60,560 nt of DNA from Clostridia bacterium (GTDB lineage: Bacteria; Bacillota; Clostridia; UMGS1883; UMGS1540): NCBI GenBank assembly GCA_029006755.1, contig JAQXGO010000029.1, forward strand, positions 1 to 60,560, read 5' to 3'. Positions 46,187-56,651 of the stretch are shown here, piece after piece. A program made the translations under genes and the position numbers. A model generated the notes under the pieces. That model saw nothing but the letters and a program-made list of their open reading frames with translations. It searched no databases and had not been told where the DNA came from. How positions within the stretch are numbered: position 1 is the first letter of the stretch; the number at the start of each line of letters is the position of its first letter.

Positions 46187-47296
46187 TTACAGCATGTAGT
46201 AATCGCATAAGAATAGGAAACAATTTGGATTGGAGGAAGGCGGCGTGATTTTGCATCGTCCATGAGAAAAATCTGTAAGAATGCGTTGCATATGGTCAAA
46301 ATCAGCCTTTTCGGTAATACGGCCTTCACAATAATCTATGGCGTATTGCACACCGGCCTGTACCATTAATACATCGGAAGAAAGGGCCCAGGTAGCCATG
46401 CGGCCGGTATTGCCATACTGGGCAACGCCATTTGCAATTTGCTTTAAAACGCCTTCCGGATCATCAAACCGGCCACAATCAATGCCGAAAAAGCTGGTGT
46501 AACCATGAAAGGGACTGGGACAGCAGGGCTGGGGATAAATTGCTCCACATTCCAAAACAGCTTTAATCAGCTGGGCATGAATGGTGCAATCCGTACAGAA
46601 GAAAGCAAGACCGGAACCATAGTTGCCTACTTGCTCCGGCACATCCTCTTCAATAAAGATACGTGCCTCAGCACCGCCGCCTTCTGCATCCTCCGGATCA
46701 GGCGTGGTGACATCAATAAATTCCATCCCCAGTTCGTTACAACGAGCAACCATGATTTCGCGCCGCCGAATAATCGGTTCGCTTAAAAGATGCCGGGCAA
46801 ACGTATAATGAATCAGACGTTTTGCACCCATGCGATAGGCTTCGTCCACAATTTCCCGGCCCATAGAATACATATCTTGTGCCATACAAATGTCCGCTTT
46901 TTGTGAAACAAAGGCAGCATCCTCTGTATCTGCACCGGTAATAAACAAGACATCCGGTCTTTTTGCCTTTACGGCTTCAATTGCTTGATCAATTCCGGCA
47001 ATGGCGCGCACAAAAACAATTGCGCGAATCGCAGGATCCTCTGCAAGTTTTGTACAAATCTCTATGGTATTTTCTGCGGAAAGATTGTCCGCATAGGTCG
47101 TGGTGGTCACAAAATTGTATTTTTCCGCCATACGTTCGGCCTCAAAAACCGCTTCGCTATACACGGCGCTGCCGGTCACAATGCCGATTTTGTAGGGCGC
47201 ATGATCATCTGTCGTATGCGCTTTCTTCTCTGCCTTCTTGCATCCGGAAAGAAGTACAGGTATGCAAAGAAGCAAACACAAAAATCTTTTCATCAT
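46187..47296 (-). CDS. Lipoprotein with periplasmic-binding-protein-like fold (DUF3798-type candidate)
   Basis: 369 aa from MMKRFLCLLLCIPVLLSGC (lipobox). YKIGIVTGS pattern. Confidence 0.5.
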   Translation of the reverse strand: MMKRFLCLLLCIPVLLSGCKKAEKKAHTTDDHAPYKIGIVTGSAVYSEAVFEAERMAEKYNFVTTTTYADNLSAENTIEICTKLAEDPAIRAIVFVRAIAGIDQAIEAVKAKRPDVLFITGADTEDAAFVSQKADICMAQDMYSMGREIVDEAYRMGAKRLIHYTFARHLLSEPIIRRREIMVARCNELGMEFIDVTTPDPEDAEGGGAEARIFIEEDVPEQVGNYGSGLAFFCTDCTIHAQLIKAVLECGAIYPQPCCPSPFHGYTSFFGIDCGRFDDPEGVLKQIANGVAQYGNTGRMATWALSSDVLMVQAGVQYAIDYCEGRITEKADFDHMQRILTDFSHGRCKITPPSSNPNCFLFLCDYYML

Positions 47297-47426
47297 CCTT
47301 ATCTGTCCTTTCCAAGCTAAAACCCATACAAGATAGGAATAGTATAGCATATCTTGCAAATAAAAGCAATATTTTTATGGGACTGTCGCGGTTTTTTCGT
47401 TTTTTTTGTGTTTTTCAAAGAAAGAC

Positions 47427-47454
47427 TTGCTTTTTTTTGAATTTATGGTATGAT
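47427..47454 (+). promoter_or_regulatory. Promoter for ECF sigma operon
   Basis: TTGCTT, 16-nt spacer, TGgTATGAT. Confidence 0.4.
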
Positions 47455-47489
47455 AATAAATATGGATTTTTCGTTGAAAGGATGCATTT

Positions 47490-48089
47490 ATGACAGACGA
47501 ACAGCTTTCTTTATGCAAACAGCAGAATCATGCTGCGTTTGAGCTACTTGTGCGGGAGTTTTCTCCGCAGGTGTATGGTGTTTCTTTGTCCATGATGGGC
47601 AATGAGCACGATGCGAAGGATGCTGCACAAGAGGCTTTTATTAAAATATATCAATCCATCTCTCGCTTTCGGGGAGAGTCTGCTTTGCAAACCTGGATTT
47701 ATCGTATTACGGTGAATGCATGTAAGGACATTCTTCGTCGGCGGAATCGATATATTTCTTTGGGAGAAGAGGACGAAGCGGCTCTTTTTTCTAAAGAGGA
47801 TGAGGCGCCCGGCCCGGAGGAAATGGTTGTTTCCGCAGAGAGAGCAAGAGAGGTTCGTTTAGGGATTGCTGCATTACCGACGGAATATAAAATTTGCATT
47901 TTTTTAAGGGATATGAAGGGATTGCCGTATGCAGAGATTGCCATGATTTTAGATTGCCCGATTAACACAGTGAAATCCAGGATTTCCAGAGCTCGTCGCC
48001 TTTTATTAAAAAGACTTTCTGAAAATCGGAAACTTTTTGCAGGGAAGAAATGTCTACAGAAAGAGGAGGACGAAAGGCATGAAGTGTGA
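47490..48089 (+). CDS. ECF-type RNA polymerase sigma factor
   Basis: 199 aa with region 2 (DAAQEAFIKIY, WIYRITVN) and region 4 (YAEIAMILDCPINTVKSRISRAR). Confidence 0.9.
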   Translation: MTDEQLSLCKQQNHAAFELLVREFSPQVYGVSLSMMGNEHDAKDAAQEAFIKIYQSISRFRGESALQTWIYRITVNACKDILRRRNRYISLGEEDEAALFSKEDEAPGPEEMVVSAERAREVRLGIAALPTEYKICIFLRDMKGLPYAEIAMILDCPINTVKSRISRARRLLLKRLSENRKLFAGKKCLQKEEDERHEV

Positions 48090-49233
48090 ATTTGTACAAA
48101 GCAATATGAGCAAATATATAGAAGAAGATCTTTTGCCGGACGAAGCATCTGCCGTGGATGCACACATAAAGACCTGTGCGAGGTGTCGGCAGTACTGTGC
48201 AAACATGCGCCAGCTTGTCGATACCATTCATGGTTTGGAATCGGAGTCGGTCCCGGTGGATTTGACAACGTTAGTGCTGAAGCGCTTAAATGAAAAAGAG
48301 AAGCATACTTTTATTCTGCCGGAATGGCTAAAGAACTGGCGCTTTTATACAATTGCAGCAGCTTGCGCGCTGTTTGTTTTTGTCATTAGCGGCAATTTGG
48401 AAGAGGGATTTGTTCCCCAAAAAGATTTTTTTTATCAGTGGGAAACCCCTGTATCCTATGAGAAGAAGGAAGAACCGGTTTTGGAAGAAATGATGTTGCA
48501 TGACGAGGCAGTAGCCGTGGGGGAAGTGCCGGCATCGAGCACCCCGGAGCAGACGAATCAGCCTATTGCGCCCGGCCTTGGACTGAAAAATAATACAGGC
48601 CAGACATCGCAGAAGAGGCAAGTAGACGGCAATCCCGCTGCACCGGCTGCACCGATTGCGTCCATGGCACCGAAACAGAATACGAGCAGTTCTCAAGGGA
48701 GCACACCGCAGGTACAGGGATCTGCAAGCCGCGGAGGAAGCGGTGCGATCTCTACGGAATCGTCACCCAATATATCTTTCTTTTTTCCGAATATAAGCAC
48801 AGATAAAAAAGGACTGACGGCAGGTACGAGCGCGGCATCTGACAAAAAGACCGCAACGAATGAAACGGTTTTGAATACCGCGACGGCACAGAACCATGCT
48901 ACCGTTGCATCTTTGCCAAAACGTAAGATCACATTTGTTGTCAGCGATCCGGATGCTGCTACAGTATTTCAAAATGCCTGTGCGGGTGGAGCAGATGCTG
49001 TGCGTGAGGCGTTTCGAAGTGCAGATATTGCATGGAGAGAAAGAGAATCCGTCGTAGAAGAATATGCCGGGCAGTATAATGCGCTGGCGGCAGAAGCCAA
49101 TCAAATAGAAAAGCAGATAGCGGCAGGCGGAGCAACGGATAGCCTTCGTGCAGCACTTTCCGAAAAAGAGCAAGCGATGAAAAGCCTAAAGGATAACTGC
49201 AGCACGGTATCCGTAGGCTTATCCATCTCCTGA
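48079..49233 (+). CDS. Anti-sigma factor (zf-HC2) with TM segment and low-complexity extracytoplasmic region
   Basis: H-x3-C-x2-C (DAHIKTCARC). TM segment WRFYTIAAACALFVFVI. Overlaps the sigma gene stop. Confidence 0.75.
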   Translation: MKCEFVQSNMSKYIEEDLLPDEASAVDAHIKTCARCRQYCANMRQLVDTIHGLESESVPVDLTTLVLKRLNEKEKHTFILPEWLKNWRFYTIAAACALFVFVISGNLEEGFVPQKDFFYQWETPVSYEKKEEPVLEEMMLHDEAVAVGEVPASSTPEQTNQPIAPGLGLKNNTGQTSQKRQVDGNPAAPAAPIASMAPKQNTSSSQGSTPQVQGSASRGGSGAISTESSPNISFFFPNISTDKKGLTAGTSAASDKKTATNETVLNTATAQNHATVASLPKRKITFVVSDPDAATVFQNACAGGADAVREAFRSADIAWRERESVVEEYAGQYNALAAEANQIEKQIAAGGATDSLRAALSEKEQAMKSLKDNCSTVSVGLSIS

Positions 49234-49235
49234 TT

Positions 49236-49454
49236 TTATTTTTGGAAAAAGGCCGTCACAGCGGTAGAAATATTTTCCATGCAAAGGGAAGCAGTCAGCA
49301 CTTTTTCCAGTGTGTCTGCACCCGGCAACCGATATTGATAGATTGCAGTTGCTGTCATGAATAGAATGGCACATAAAATGCATTGAATAACAAAAAGGCG
49401 ACGTCTTTTGCTTGTGCGCGACGGCGCTTTTCTGTTTCTGTATCTGTTTGCCAT
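49236..49454 (-). CDS. Small membrane protein with polybasic N-terminus
   Basis: 72 aa from ATG 49454 with SD AAGGAGGG. One TM segment. Confidence 0.4.
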   Translation of the reverse strand: MANRYRNRKAPSRTSKRRRLFVIQCILCAILFMTATAIYQYRLPGADTLEKVLTASLCMENISTAVTAFFQK

Positions 49455-49518
49455 ACAGTTCCCTCCTTTGCGTGTTTTGCAAACTCTATTACAAATATAC
49501 GAAAGGGCTTTTGTCATT

Positions 49519-50808
49519 ATGTCAAAAACACCACTTGCAGATGCAATCCAACGGTATGCAAAAAAAGATATGCATAGATTTCACATGCCCGGACATAAAG
49601 GGAAGGCCACAGGTATTTTCCCGGCAGCCTTTACGGCGCTCGATGTGACAGAAATTGAAGAAACCGACAATTTAATGGAGCCCAAAGGCTGTATTCTTGC
49701 TGCAGAAAGGCTTTGCGCATCTGCCTTTGGGGCACAGAGAACTTTTTTTACCACAGGCGGCTCTACCTGCGGTGTTCTGGCAATGCTACATGCCGTACTG
49801 CGGCCGGGGGATAAGGTGCTGGTGGACCGAAGCTGTCATCTGTCTGTCTATGCGGCACTTTCCCTTTGCGGTGCAGTGCCTGTGTATGTGCGTGGGGCGT
49901 GGATGGCGCAGATAGGCGCATTTGCGCCGCCTGCAACGGAGGGAATTGCATCGATTTTAGAGAGAGAAAAAGACATTCGCGCACTGGTACTGACCACGCC
50001 GACGCCCTATGGAATTGCGGCGGACACAGAGGCGATCGCAGAAATCTGTCATGCACGGGGCGTACTTCTCCTTGTGGATGAAGCGCATGGCGCCCATTTT
50101 GCATTTGCACCGCATTGCCCAAAAACGGCTCTGGCAGCAGGGGCGGATTTATGCGTACAAAGTCTGCATAAAACTTTGCCGGCCCTCACTGGGAGCGCAG
50201 TATTGCATGTGGGAAATCCGGCACTTATCCATAAGGCGGAAGCGGCATTGCGGCTGTTTCAATCCACAAGTCCGTCCTATCTTTTGATGGCAAGCATGGA
50301 TTGCGCCCGTGCGGCGGCAGAAGAAAGTGCAGGCTTATGGGAGGAGCTTTATGCGGCAATAGAAGCGTGCCGCTTCCCCGGTCTTTACCGGACGGATGAC
50401 CCTTATCGACTCACGGTTTCATGCCAAGGCGAGGTGAGTGCACCGCTTCTTGCCGCGGCAGGCTTTGTGCCGGAGATGACCGGCACACACACGGCCGTAA
50501 TGATTGTTACGATGGCAGACAGTCCGAAGACAGTGCAGCGGCTATTGGACTTTGCAAAAACATGGAAGCCCGCTGCTTGGCCGGCACCCCTGCCGCCGCA
50601 GTGCCCGGCTGTCCTTACTCCGGCAGAGGTGCGGTGCAGAGAGGCAGAGTTGGTGGCAGCAGATGAGGCCGTCGGAAGAATTGTGGCGCGACCGGTATAT
50701 TGCTATCCGCCGGGAACGGCCATTGTGGCACCGGGTGAGGTGTTTAGCCGGGAGGTGCTGCTGTACCCTGCCTTTAAAGAGGAAAGAATATGGGTAGTGC
50801 AGGCGTAA
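49519..50808 (+). CDS. Orn/Lys/Arg decarboxylase-family PLP enzyme
   Basis: 429 aa. RFHMPGHKG N-terminus and SLHKTLPALTG PLP-lysine motif. Confidence 0.8.
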   Translation: MSKTPLADAIQRYAKKDMHRFHMPGHKGKATGIFPAAFTALDVTEIEETDNLMEPKGCILAAERLCASAFGAQRTFFTTGGSTCGVLAMLHAVLRPGDKVLVDRSCHLSVYAALSLCGAVPVYVRGAWMAQIGAFAPPATEGIASILEREKDIRALVLTTPTPYGIAADTEAIAEICHARGVLLLVDEAHGAHFAFAPHCPKTALAAGADLCVQSLHKTLPALTGSAVLHVGNPALIHKAEAALRLFQSTSPSYLLMASMDCARAAAEESAGLWEELYAAIEACRFPGLYRTDDPYRLTVSCQGEVSAPLLAAAGFVPEMTGTHTAVMIVTMADSPKTVQRLLDFAKTWKPAAWPAPLPPQCPAVLTPAEVRCREAELVAADEAVGRIVARPVYCYPPGTAIVAPGEVFSREVLLYPAFKEERIWVVQA

Positions 50809-50885
50809 AGCGGGCAATCGAAAATAAATTGACATTTTATGGCTTCTGTGCTACAATGGAGCAGAAATAAGAAATGGGGAGTTTT

Positions 50886-52703
50886 ATGGAAGAGTTATTC
50901 TCTGCCGTACAAAAGCCGGTCCGGTATATCGGTGGTGAGTATGGTGCGATATATAAGAAGAAAGAGGATGTGAAGATTCGCTTTGCCATGTGTTTCCCGG
51001 ATTTGTATGAGGTGGGGATGAGCCACCTTGGCATGCGAATTTTATACCATTTAAAAAATAGCCGTTCGGACACCTGGTGCGAGCGTTGCTTTATGCCGTG
51101 GGACGATATGATAGAGGCCATGGCAGAAAGGGACATGCCTCTGTTTGCGCTGGAAAGCCGTGACCCCCTGACAGCATTTGATATGCTGGGCTTTTCACTG
51201 CAATATGAAATGAGTTATACAAATGTTTTAGAGATGCTTCGCCTGGCGCGGATTCCGCTGCGCAGCGCGGACAGAAAGACGGCCTATCCATTTGTTTGCG
51301 CCGGCGGCTCCTGCGCTTATAATCCTGAGCCAATGGCGGATTTTATTGACTTTTTCATTATCGGTGAGGGTGAAGAAGTCAATATGGAAATTCTGGACGC
51401 TTATAGCGCATGGAAAGATAGCGGTGCGCCAAAAGCAGCCTTTTTGGAAACGGTTTCCCATATTGAGGGCGTGTACGTGCCTTCTTTCTATGAAGCAGAA
51501 TATGCGGGCGATAGGCAGGTCGCCTTTACGCCAATTGGGAATGCACCGAAAAAAATCAAAAAGAGAATTGTAGAGGATATGGACAATGCCTTTTTTCCGG
51601 AGGACATGATTGTGCCGTATGGGGAGATTGTCCATGATCGTATCGCGCTCGAACTGTTTCGAGGTTGTATCCGTGGCTGTCGTTTTTGTCAGGCAGGGAT
51701 GATTTATCGGCCGGTTCGGCAACGCTCCGCAGCGCGATTGCTTTCGCTTGCAGAAAAGCTGATAAAGAATACCGGTTATGAGGAAATTTCGTTGTTGTCA
51801 TTGAGTACCAGTGACTACACGGCGCTTGAAGAATTCACGCAGGAATTACTTGCCATGACGGAAAAGAGAAAAATCAGTATGGCTTTGCCCTCCCTGCGCA
51901 TTGATAATTTTTCTATGGAACTCATGCAGCGCATACAAAAGGTGCGTAAAACCGGCCTGACATTTGCACCGGAAGCAGGCACACAGCGTATGCGGGATGT
52001 CATCAATAAAGGCATTACGGAGGAGGATGTGTTACAGTCCGCTTATTTGGCCTTCTCCGGCGGATATAAAAGCATTAAACTATACTTTATGATCGGGTTA
52101 CCCTTTGAAACAGAAAAAGATGTTGCGGGCATTCCGCAGCTGGCACAAAAAGTGATCGAAACATCGTATCAGATTCCCCGGCAGAAGGGTGAAAAGCCCT
52201 GCACGGTGACAACCAGTGTTTCTTCTTTTGTGCCAAAGCCACATACACCGTTTCAGTGGTGTGCGCAGAATACATCGGAAATGCTGCGGGAGAAACAGCA
52301 GATTCTGCGTGATGCTTGTACGTCCAAACGCGTAACCTTGAATTATCACGAATCGAAACTGAGCGTGTTAGAGGGCGTTTTTGCGCGGGGGGACAGAAGG
52401 CTTTGTAAGGTGCTGGAGCGCGCGGTTGAAGTTGGATGCCGATTCGATGGCTGGAGTGAGCATTTTTCCTATGAAAGATGGATGACGGCATTTGCGGATT
52501 GTGGCGTAGATCCGTCAATCTTTATTCGGCAAAGAGAAAAGGACGAGCTGTTGCCTTGGGATATGATTGATTGCGGTGTAACAAAGTCGTTTTTATTAAA
52601 AGAATATGAAAAAGCGGAGAAGGGCGAAATCACGCCGCATTGCCGTGTAAAGTGCAGCGGTTGCGGCGCAGCCGGCTTTAAGGCAGGTGTTTGTTTTGCA
52701 TAA
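50886..52703 (+). CDS. B12-binding-domain radical SAM protein (TIGR03960-like)
   Basis: CIRGCRFC radical-SAM triad. N-terminal VRYIGGEYG pattern. Confidence 0.8.
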   Translation: MEELFSAVQKPVRYIGGEYGAIYKKKEDVKIRFAMCFPDLYEVGMSHLGMRILYHLKNSRSDTWCERCFMPWDDMIEAMAERDMPLFALESRDPLTAFDMLGFSLQYEMSYTNVLEMLRLARIPLRSADRKTAYPFVCAGGSCAYNPEPMADFIDFFIIGEGEEVNMEILDAYSAWKDSGAPKAAFLETVSHIEGVYVPSFYEAEYAGDRQVAFTPIGNAPKKIKKRIVEDMDNAFFPEDMIVPYGEIVHDRIALELFRGCIRGCRFCQAGMIYRPVRQRSAARLLSLAEKLIKNTGYEEISLLSLSTSDYTALEEFTQELLAMTEKRKISMALPSLRIDNFSMELMQRIQKVRKTGLTFAPEAGTQRMRDVINKGITEEDVLQSAYLAFSGGYKSIKLYFMIGLPFETEKDVAGIPQLAQKVIETSYQIPRQKGEKPCTVTTSVSSFVPKPHTPFQWCAQNTSEMLREKQQILRDACTSKRVTLNYHESKLSVLEGVFARGDRRLCKVLERAVEVGCRFDGWSEHFSYERWMTAFADCGVDPSIFIRQREKDELLPWDMIDCGVTKSFLLKEYEKAEKGEITPHCRVKCSGCGAAGFKAGVCFA

Positions 52704-53328
52704 GTATGTAGTTCGATATACAAAAGAGGGGGATGCAAAGTTTATTTCTCATCTGGACTTTCTTCGTGCCGTGCAGCGCGCAATGCGGCGTGCCGATTTA
52801 CCCATAAAGTATTCGGAGGGATTTAATCCGCATCCTTGCCTATCTTTTGCTCAGCCGCTGGGAATAGGCGTCACCGGAGAAAATGAGTGGTTTGAGGCGG
52901 AAATGACAGAGGAGGTCCCCGATTTGGCATCACGGCTGGATCGTGCCATGCCACGGGGCGTGCATATCCGAGAAGCGATTTTGGAAGTAAAAAACCGCTT
53001 TGCCGCAATCATGCGCGCGGAATACCTGGTTACTCCTGCGGCTTTGCCGGAGGATGTTGCAATTGCAGCGTTTTTGGCGAGAGAAGAAATTCCAATTGAA
53101 AAACGCACCAAGAGCGGGACAAAGATGACGGACATCCGCCCCATGATAGATACGATTTCGCGCCGGGATAAACAGCTGTTTATGCGCATTGCTGCCGGCA
53201 GCGCTGTCAATTTGAAGCCGCAAACGGTTATGGATGCACTCGAGGCATATATACCCGAGTATCATGCCGGATTCTGTCGGTATCACCGTCTGGCATTGCT
53301 GGATCACGATAACCAACCGATATATTAG
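52687..53328 (+). CDS. Radical-SAM-associated protein (DUF2344/TIGR03936-like)
   Basis: YTKEGDAKFISHLDFLRAVQRAMRRADLPIKYSEGFNPHP. GTG/TTG start overlaps the upstream stop. Confidence 0.75.
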   Translation: MFVLHKYVVRYTKEGDAKFISHLDFLRAVQRAMRRADLPIKYSEGFNPHPCLSFAQPLGIGVTGENEWFEAEMTEEVPDLASRLDRAMPRGVHIREAILEVKNRFAAIMRAEYLVTPAALPEDVAIAAFLAREEIPIEKRTKSGTKMTDIRPMIDTISRRDKQLFMRIAAGSAVNLKPQTVMDALEAYIPEYHAGFCRYHRLALLDHDNQPIY

Positions 53329-53383
53329 ACAATATATACGAAAAATACAGAAAAATTTCGTGAAAAACTTTGTAAAAAAAGAA

Positions 53384-53412
53384 TTGCTTTATACGAAAAA
53401 AAACTATATAAT
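53384..53412 (+). promoter_or_regulatory. Sigma-A-type promoter for mreB
   Basis: TTGCTT, 17-nt spacer, TATAAT (53407-53412). Confidence 0.5.
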
Positions 53413-53443
53413 ATATGTATATTTAATGCAGGAGGACTGAAAC

Positions 53444-54469
53444 GTGTTTGGATACGGTCAGGATATCGGGATTGATTTGGGGACGGCTTCCGTTCTCGTA
53501 TACGTAAGAGGCAGGGGCATCGTCTTAAAAGAGCCCAGTGTTGTTTCTATTGACAAGAATACAGGCAAGGTACAAGAGGTTGGTATGGAGGCGCAACGCA
53601 TGATAGGCAGAACGCCCGGCAATATCGTTGCCATTCGTCCCTTGCGTGATGGCGTTATTTCGGATTATGATACCACCGAGAAAATGTTAAAGTATTTCTT
53701 GAAGAAGGTTTGCAATAAGCGCCTTTTTCGTCCAAATGTGATTGTTTGCGTGCCCAGCGGTGTCACCGAGGTGGAAGAACGCGCGGTGATTGATGCAGCC
53801 ATGCAGGCAGGTGCCCGTCGGGTGCATCTGATTGAAGAACCGATTGCAGCAGCAATTGGTGCCGGTATGGATATTGCAAAACCATACGGCAGTATGGTTG
53901 TGGATATCGGCGGCGGCACGAGTGACGTGGCGGTTATTTCTTTGGGCGGCATCGTTGTCAGCAACTCCATTAAGGTTGCCGGAGATGCCTTTGACGAAAC
54001 GGTGGTTCGCTACATTCGCAAAAAGCATAACATCATGATTGGTGACCGCACAGCAGAAGATTTGAAAATAAAAATCGGCTGTGTATATCCCAGAGAGGAA
54101 ACCGAGGTTATGGAAATTCGCGGCCGTTGCCTGCTCAGCGGTTTGCCGAAAACCGTTACTGTTTCCTCTGATGAGATGCTCGAAGCGTTAGAGGAGCCGG
54201 CGCATGCAATTGTGGATGCTGTGCACTCTGTTTTAGAAAAAACACCGCCTGAACTGGTGGGGGATATCAGTAATTCAGGCATTGTCCTTACAGGCGGTGG
54301 CTCGCTGATTCACGGACTTGATCTGCTTTTGCAGAAGGAAACCGGTATCACCGTCCGTGTTGCGGAGGATGCCATTTCCTGCGTTGCAATCGGGACAGGG
54401 AAGGCGCTCGACAATATTGATTCGCTGCAAGGAAACATTAGCGCAAACAAACGAAAATATCAATCATAA
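53444..54469 (+). CDS. mreB: Rod-shape-determining protein MreB
   Basis: GIDLGTASVLVYV, actin-fold phosphate motifs, VDIGGGTSDVAV. GTG start with SD AGGAGG. Confidence 0.92.
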   Translation: MFGYGQDIGIDLGTASVLVYVRGRGIVLKEPSVVSIDKNTGKVQEVGMEAQRMIGRTPGNIVAIRPLRDGVISDYDTTEKMLKYFLKKVCNKRLFRPNVIVCVPSGVTEVEERAVIDAAMQAGARRVHLIEEPIAAAIGAGMDIAKPYGSMVVDIGGGTSDVAVISLGGIVVSNSIKVAGDAFDETVVRYIRKKHNIMIGDRTAEDLKIKIGCVYPREETEVMEIRGRCLLSGLPKTVTVSSDEMLEALEEPAHAIVDAVHSVLEKTPPELVGDISNSGIVLTGGGSLIHGLDLLLQKETGITVRVAEDAISCVAIGTGKALDNIDSLQGNISANKRKYQS

Positions 54470-54479
54470 TGGAAGATTC

Positions 54480-54521
54480 GGAGCTTTGAGAAATTCTATG
54501 CATCAAAGCTCCTGTTTTCTT
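54480..54521 (+). terminator. Rho-independent terminator after mreB
   Basis: ggagctttga / tcaaagctcc stem followed by a T-rich tract. Confidence 0.7.
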
Positions 54522-54538
54522 GAGAGAGGAGAAGAACG

Positions 54539-55072
54539 ATGTCCAAGTTAAATTGCTACATACGGATTGCTGTTTTAAGTGCCATAGGCTTTATACTCAT
54601 CAATATTGAATTTCCGATTTTGCCGGGCGCACCGTTTTTAAAGCTGAATCTTTCGGAGGTGCCGGTACTTTTGGCGGCTTTCTCTATGGGTCCGATTGCC
54701 GGTGCTGTGGTAGCAGTACTGCAAAATCTGTTGCACCTTTTGCAGTCGAAAAGCGGCGGCGTGGGAGAAATTGCGAACATAGTGATAAGCAGCACTTATG
54801 CGATTACGGCCGGCCTCATCTATCTGCGTATAAAAACGCGAAAGGGCGCATGCTTGGCGCTTCTTTTCGGCAGTTTGGCCATGATTGTGGCAGCAGGGTT
54901 TGCCAATCTGTTTATTATGCTGCCTCTTTATGGGATTCCGGCGGAAAATCGGCTGCCGCTAATTCAGACAGCCATTTTGCCGTTTAACTTTATTAAAGCC
55001 GCTGTAGTGTTTTTGGTAACATGGTTTTTGTATAAACCGCTTTCATCGCTTTTAAAGGGGAAACAAAAATAG
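54539..55072 (+). CDS. ECF-transporter S component (RibU-like; substrate unknown)
   Basis: 177 aa, 5-6 TM segments. LNLSEVPVLLAAFSMGPIAGAVVAVLQNLLH pattern. Confidence 0.65.
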   Translation: MSKLNCYIRIAVLSAIGFILINIEFPILPGAPFLKLNLSEVPVLLAAFSMGPIAGAVVAVLQNLLHLLQSKSGGVGEIANIVISSTYAITAGLIYLRIKTRKGACLALLFGSLAMIVAAGFANLFIMLPLYGIPAENRLPLIQTAILPFNFIKAAVVFLVTWFLYKPLSSLLKGKQK

Positions 55073-55095
55073 GATTTGTTTAGAAGTATCAGGAA

Positions 55096-55130
55096 AAACA
55101 AGTAGCCTTTGAGGATACTTGTTTTTTTAT
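55096..55130 (+). terminator. Rho-independent terminator
   Basis: aaacaagta / tacttgttt stem plus T-run. Confidence 0.6.
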
Positions 55131-55148
55131 CTTTTTTTGTAAAAAACA

Positions 55149-55177
55149 TTGACTTATGGGTGATTCTATAGTATAAT
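55149..55177 (+). promoter_or_regulatory. Consensus-like sigma-A promoter for the decarboxylase operon
   Basis: TTGACT, 17-nt spacer, TATAAT. Confidence 0.6.
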
Positions 55178-55248
55178 CGAAATCAAATGCGATTGTTTTG
55201 CCCATGGAATTTTAAAAGGGCAAAAAAGATACGAAAAGGAGGATTTTC

Positions 55249-56625
55249 ATGAAGGTACAATTTACAGAAACCGTCCTTCGGGACGCGAACCAATCCCTCA
55301 TCGCTACCCGTTTACCGTTTGATAAGTTTGCACCGATTCTTGAAACCATGAATCGTGCCGGCTATTATTCAGTAGAATGTTGGGGTGGCGCAACATTTGA
55401 TTCTTGCTTGCGTTTTTTAAACGAGGATCCGTGGGAAAGACTTAGAAAGATTAAAGAGAAAATGCCGGACACAAAGCTGCAGATGTTGCTTCGCGGCCAG
55501 AACCTTCTGGGCTATAAGCACTATCCGGACGATGTTGTGAGAAAGTTCGTACAGCTTTCTGTTGCCAATGGAATTGACATTATCCGTATTTTTGATGCGC
55601 TGAACGACCTGCGCAATATTCGTGTGGCAGTAGAGGAAACCAATCGTTGCGGCGCACACGCTTCCGGTGCGATTTCCTATACCACCAGCCCGGTGCATAC
55701 CTTGGAGAATTATGTTGCATTGGCAAAAGAAATGGAAAATATGGGCGTTGGCTCTATTTGTATAAAGGATATGGCCGGTGTTATGGCACCGCAGGAAGCC
55801 TATGATTTAGTAAAGGCTATTAAGGGTGCTGTAAAGATCCCGGTTGTTGTACACACCCATTGCACAACCGGTCTTGCATTTATGACTTATCTCAAGGCAG
55901 TAGAAGCCGGTGCAGATGTCATTGATACAGCTTCCTCCTGCTTCTCTGGCGGAACAAGCCAGCCGGCGACGGAAACTCTTTGCTACGCACTGCGTCAGCT
56001 CGGCTACACCATAGACTTAAACGATAAGGTTTTAAAAGAGGTTAATGACTTCTTTAAGCCGATTCGTGCTGAATATATTGCAAATGGAACATTAAACCCC
56101 ACCGTTTTGGCAACGGATACGGACGCTTTGAACTACCAGATCCCGGGCGGTATGCTGTCTAACCTGATTTCTCAGCTGAAGGCACAAAACGCGTTGGACA
56201 GATTGGATGAGGTTCTTTTGGAAACACCGCGTGTACGTAAGGATTTAGGCTATCCGCCGCTGGTAACACCGATGAGCCAGATGGTTGGCGTGCAGGCCGC
56301 TACCAATGTCCTTATAGGTGAACGCTATAAGAATATCAGTAAGGAAGTGAAGGCATATCTCCGTGGCGAATACGGCCAGGCACCCGGTCCGATTGATCGG
56401 GCACTGCAGGAGAAGGCTCTGGATGGCGAAACACCGGTTACATGCCGCTTCGCAGACACTTTGGAGGATGCGTTTGAAAAGACAAAGGCAGAGCTTGGAG
56501 ATAAGGCAAGCTGTGACGAAGATGTACTTTCCTACATTGCTTTCCCGCAGGTAGCAGAAAAGTTCTTTAAAGAACGGGAAGCACGTCGCGAAAATTGCGT
56601 TAAGTATTCCATTGAAGCCATGTAG
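55249..56625 (+). CDS. oadA: Oxaloacetate decarboxylase alpha-type carboxyltransferase (no fused biotinyl domain)
   Basis: 458 aa. TETVLRDANQS, HTHCTTG, 5S/PycB-type TIM barrel. The protein ends before any AMKM motif. Confidence 0.8.
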   Translation: MKVQFTETVLRDANQSLIATRLPFDKFAPILETMNRAGYYSVECWGGATFDSCLRFLNEDPWERLRKIKEKMPDTKLQMLLRGQNLLGYKHYPDDVVRKFVQLSVANGIDIIRIFDALNDLRNIRVAVEETNRCGAHASGAISYTTSPVHTLENYVALAKEMENMGVGSICIKDMAGVMAPQEAYDLVKAIKGAVKIPVVVHTHCTTGLAFMTYLKAVEAGADVIDTASSCFSGGTSQPATETLCYALRQLGYTIDLNDKVLKEVNDFFKPIRAEYIANGTLNPTVLATDTDALNYQIPGGMLSNLISQLKAQNALDRLDEVLLETPRVRKDLGYPPLVTPMSQMVGVQAATNVLIGERYKNISKEVKAYLRGEYGQAPGPIDRALQEKALDGETPVTCRFADTLEDAFEKTKAELGDKASCDEDVLSYIAFPQVAEKFFKEREARRENCVKYSIEAM

Positions 56626-56651
56626 TGCTTTGGCACGGAAAGGATATTGTT

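Noticed and set aside
54470-54538. Possible FMN or other riboswitch upstream of the RibU-like ECF S component
   Set aside because: Only ~70 nt are available and they are taken up by the mreB terminator hairpin. That is too short for any known riboswitch aptamer.
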